DNA from: Acutalibacteraceae bacterium
GTDB taxonomy: Bacteria; Bacillota; Clostridia; Oscillospirales; Acutalibacteraceae
Reading direction: 5' to 3'
Length of the DNA: 64,000 nt
Assembly (NCBI GenBank): GCA_045636025.1
Contig: JAZTWP010000051.1
Coordinates: 5,957-69,956, forward strand
The position numbers and the translations under genes were made by a program. Shown here in pieces: positions 61,355 through 64,000 of the stretch. The number at the start of each line of letters is the position of its first letter. Position 1 is the stretch's first letter. The notes beneath the pieces were generated by a model, which searched no databases, was not told where the DNA came from, and saw nothing but the letters and a program-made list of their open reading frames with translations.

Positions 61355-62548
61355 TCAGATGTCGTATTTATCTGCGTCATATTTTGTGCAGGGATAGTTT
61401 GCAACACCGTTTTCATCCGGGAAAGGTGAAAGATTGTCGTTTTCGTAAAGCTTTCTTTCTTCTTCTTTTGAGAAATCGGGAATCTTGTATTCAGCACCGT
61501 TATGAAGGCTGCTTCTCCAGCCGAGAATTGCAACAGCACTCATTGCGCAGGAACGGTATGCATTGAAATAGGGCTGTCTGCCTTCGAGAATACAACTGAT
61601 AAATTCGTGACCGACGTAATAGTCACCGCCTGAGTGTCCGCACTGACCTGCTTTGTCTTTATCAAAGGGGAATCCGACGGTTGAAACCTTTTCTTTTTCA
61701 GCACCCTCGGGGATTTCCCAATCGTTATAAACAAGGCGGATTTTACCCTCATCACCTCTTACGGTTTCTGCGCTGCCCTTTGCGCAGGCGAAACGGTACC
61801 AGTTACCGTGACCGCCGAACTTTGCCCAGCCGGTGATTCTTGCAACAGCACCTCTGCTCATTGTGCAGAGCATAATTGATGCAACGTCTTTGATGGGTTC
61901 GCCTTCACGTTCCTGACGCATACCGTCTGTATAAATGCTTCGTGCATTGACAGAAACGGGAATGTCATTTGTAACTCTCATAAGAGGTGCAAATGAATGG
62001 CTCAGATAGAATCCTGAAGGCATAAGAGCACGCCAATGGGTTGTTGTGGGAGTGTAATGAACATATTCCTCATGGCTCATGGGATGAACATATTCACCCT
62101 CGCAGTAAAGAGCTTCACCGAGTGAACCTTCCTTATATATTTCAGTAAGCTTACTGATAACTGCAAAATAAGCATAGTTTTCTGCGAGCATATAGATTGC
62201 ACCGCTGTTTTCGGACGCACGGCAAATCTGAACGCATTCTGCCATTGTTACTGCAGGCATTGTTTCGCTGAGAACATGAATGCCCTTTTCAAGAGCGATA
62301 ACTGCATATTTTGCGTGCTGATGGAAGAAGTTGGTAAGAACAACGGCATCCATACCGCTATCGATGAATTCGTCAAAATCTTTATAATACTTTGTTTCTT
62401 CGCAGCAAAACGGCTTGATGTTTTCATAAGTTGATTCATCATAATCGCAGACTGCGCTGATATATGCTTTGTCTGTCAGAGTAAGACCCTGAGCAAGGCC
62501 ACGACCTCTTCTTGCACCGAAAACACCGATTTTAAGTTTCTTATCCAT
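61355..62548 (-). CDS. Gfo/Idh/MocA family oxidoreductase
   Basis: 397 aa. The N-terminal Rossmann motif is KIGVFGARRGRG. The EKGIHVLSE-type motif is present. Confidence 0.8.
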   Translation of the reverse strand: MDKKLKIGVFGARRGRGLAQGLTLTDKAYISAVCDYDESTYENIKPFCCEETKYYKDFDEFIDSGMDAVVLTNFFHQHAKYAVIALEKGIHVLSETMPAVTMAECVQICRASENSGAIYMLAENYAYFAVISKLTEIYKEGSLGEALYCEGEYVHPMSHEEYVHYTPTTTHWRALMPSGFYLSHSFAPLMRVTNDIPVSVNARSIYTDGMRQEREGEPIKDVASIMLCTMSRGAVARITGWAKFGGHGNWYRFACAKGSAETVRGDEGKIRLVYNDWEIPEGAEKEKVSTVGFPFDKDKAGQCGHSGGDYYVGHEFISCILEGRQPYFNAYRSCAMSAVAILGWRSSLHNGAEYKIPDFSKEEERKLYENDNLSPFPDENGVANYPCTKYDADKYDI

Positions 62549-62565
62549 AAGGAATAACCTCCGTT

Positions 62566-63816
62566 TTATTCAAAAAAATCGTTACAAACTTCATCAAGAC
62601 AGAAAATACCGCGTCTGTAATCTTCTCTGTCAATCCACATGCCGTTGGTGAAATCGGGGAATGCGACAGGTGCGCTTCCGAGTGCAATTGACTGCTCTGA
62701 AAGACAAGTGACAGCCATCATAACAGCGGTATCATAAACATCAATGGGGGGAGCGGCATCGAGTCTTACGCTCTCTGCAAATGCGCTCAGAACAAGGAAG
62801 TCCATACCGCCGTGACCGCCGTGAACGCCCTCTGTCTGATATTTTTTCCAGAGCGGATGTTCATATTTGTCACGATATGCTTCAAAATCTTCGGGATGGT
62901 GCATCCAATCGCCTTCAACGTGCTGTGTCTGACCTTCAAGATAAATTGAATTACCGTCTTCCATATAGATACCCTTTGTACCCTGAACACGATATGCTCT
63001 TGAATAGTGACGGGGAAGTGAGCAGTCGTGAGTAAGAACAACAGTTTCTCCGTTTGCAGTTTTAAGCATTGTTGTTACGATATCACCCTGATTGAAATCG
63101 TAATCTGCAAGGTCGTAATCTTCGCCCTTGTTCTTCTTTATCCATTCGTTAAGTCCCTTTGACTTACTTGCCATTGAAACGAGTGAAACAAAACGGTTGC
63201 CTCTGTTTATGCCGAGAACTTTCTGAATGGGGCCCAGCTGATGGGTGGGATAAAGCTCACCGTTACGATGCTGGAAGTTGAAGAGTCTGCCGTGTCTGTT
63301 TTCTCTGCCGAGAGAAATTTCATCACGCAGGTCGTGCTGATATCCGCCCTGAAGATGAATCAGTTCACCGAAAATACCCTGCTTTACCATATTGAAAATA
63401 GCCATTTCGTTTCTGTCGTAACAGCAGTTTTCAAGCAACATGCAGAATTTACCTGTTTCTTCGCTTGTACGGACAAGCTGCCAGCATTCTTCAATGCTTG
63501 CTGCACCGCCTACTTCCATTGCAACGTGCTTGCCGGCTTTCATTGCATCAATTGCAATTCTTGAATGTGTAATCCATGTTGTTGCACAGTAAATTGCGTC
63601 GATATCATCTCTTGCGAGAAGTTCTTTATAATCAAGATATACCTGAGGCTCTGTGCCTGTTTTTTTCTTGACGATTTCAGCACCGTGCTGAGCTCTGTCC
63701 TCATATTTATCACAAACTGCAGGCACTCTTACGCCTTCGCAGTCAAGAAGCTCACCGAGCATACCGGAACCTCTGCCGCTCAGACCGATAATACCTATGT
63801 TTACAAATTCTTTCAT
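62566..63816 (-). CDS. Gfo/Idh/MocA family protein, GH109-like (NAD-dependent glycosidase-like)
   Basis: 416 aa. The motifs are IGIIGLSGRGSG, AGKHVAMEV, LENCCYDRNEMAIFNMVKQGIFGELIHLQGGYQHDLR and HGGMDF. They resemble GH109 alpha-N-acetylgalactosaminidases. There is no signal peptide. Confidence 0.6.
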   Translation of the reverse strand: MKEFVNIGIIGLSGRGSGMLGELLDCEGVRVPAVCDKYEDRAQHGAEIVKKKTGTEPQVYLDYKELLARDDIDAIYCATTWITHSRIAIDAMKAGKHVAMEVGGAASIEECWQLVRTSEETGKFCMLLENCCYDRNEMAIFNMVKQGIFGELIHLQGGYQHDLRDEISLGRENRHGRLFNFQHRNGELYPTHQLGPIQKVLGINRGNRFVSLVSMASKSKGLNEWIKKNKGEDYDLADYDFNQGDIVTTMLKTANGETVVLTHDCSLPRHYSRAYRVQGTKGIYMEDGNSIYLEGQTQHVEGDWMHHPEDFEAYRDKYEHPLWKKYQTEGVHGGHGGMDFLVLSAFAESVRLDAAPPIDVYDTAVMMAVTCLSEQSIALGSAPVAFPDFTNGMWIDREDYRRGIFCLDEVCNDFFE

Positions 63817-63831
63817 AAATAATACCTCTTA

Positions 63832-63866
63832 CAGAAAAAAATTAACCGCTGAATTGCTCAGCGGTT
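63832..63866 (-). terminator. Intrinsic terminator after the SGNH hydrolase gene
   Basis: Stem aaccgctga / tcagcggtt, followed on the minus strand by aatttttttc. Confidence 0.7.
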
Positions 63867-63902
63867 TTATTATAAAAGATTAGTAAAAATAATGCAACAG
63901 TA

Positions 63903-64000
63903 TTATTTGAATTTATAATCAATTATTTTGACAGAGTTTTTCAATTCATCTTTGATTACCTGATGTCCCGCTGAGGTGGGGTGAATTCCGTCAACGCTCC
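63903..64000 (-). CDS. SGNH/GDSL hydrolase family protein (C-terminal fragment, truncated by the window edge)
   Basis: The reverse translation ends ...(D)GIHPTSAGHQVIKDELKNSVKIIDYKFK*. The D-x-x-H block (IHPT) is the catalytic His motif of SGNH hydrolases. Confidence 0.55.
   Translation of the reverse strand, partial: SVDGIHPTSAGHQVIKDELKNSVKIIDYKFK

Noticed and set aside
1-64000. Searched the translations for transposases, integrases, recombinases, reverse transcriptases, phage structural genes, restriction-modification genes, toxin-antitoxin pairs and known defence-system ATPases or nucleases
   Set aside because: I recognised none. The mobile-looking features in this window are non-autonomous repeats only, so any enzyme that moves them must be encoded elsewhere.

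Overview
This is a 64-kb chromosomal segment from a low-GC Gram-positive anaerobe. GC content was judged by eye only. Three features point to Clostridia of the Ruminococcus/Oscillospiraceae type: secreted proteins carrying dockerins, GGAGG ribosome-binding sites and near-consensus TTGACA/TATAAT promoters. No species can be assigned from the sequence alone. I support about 46 protein-coding genes, one tRNA-Val(GAC), many intrinsic terminators and several consensus promoters. Housekeeping genes: metF-metH, luxS, murA, rlmH, cysE-cysS, rny, ymdB, a U32 peptidase, a TIGR01212 radical SAM protein, a phosphohexomutase, putP and a TrmH-type methyltransferase. Accessory content: (1) a 1151-aa secreted protein with 14 tandem Cys/His-rich modules; (2) an AT-rich S8 protease plus dockerin-protein pair inserted between rny and ymdB; (3) a run of secreted hydrolases at 39.9-49.2 kb (alkaline phosphatase, lipase, a giant dockerin-bearing phosphoesterase and a possibly ceramidase-like protein); (4) a BspA-type LRR protein with a dockerin; (5) a glycan-utilisation block (GH78-like, GH42, two Gfo/Idh/MocA proteins, SGNH). 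No transposase, integrase, CRISPR array, rRNA or recognisable defence or toxin gene was seen. The structure least explained by ordinary annotation: (a) a family of intergenic GC-rich hairpin pairs bounded by inward-facing GTAG/CTAC heads and set in AT-rich TGCATT/CAATTG arms, resembling REP/REPIN elements; (b) a hairpin array with nested GTGAAG/CTTCAC repeats next to the tRNA; (c) a C-terminal amphipathic tail shared by two unrelated secreted proteins; (d) a terminator-plus-promoter cassette present three times, two copies of which form 66/67-identical direct repeats bracketing an XRE regulator gene. All functional calls come from motif recognition by eye. No database search or computation was run.
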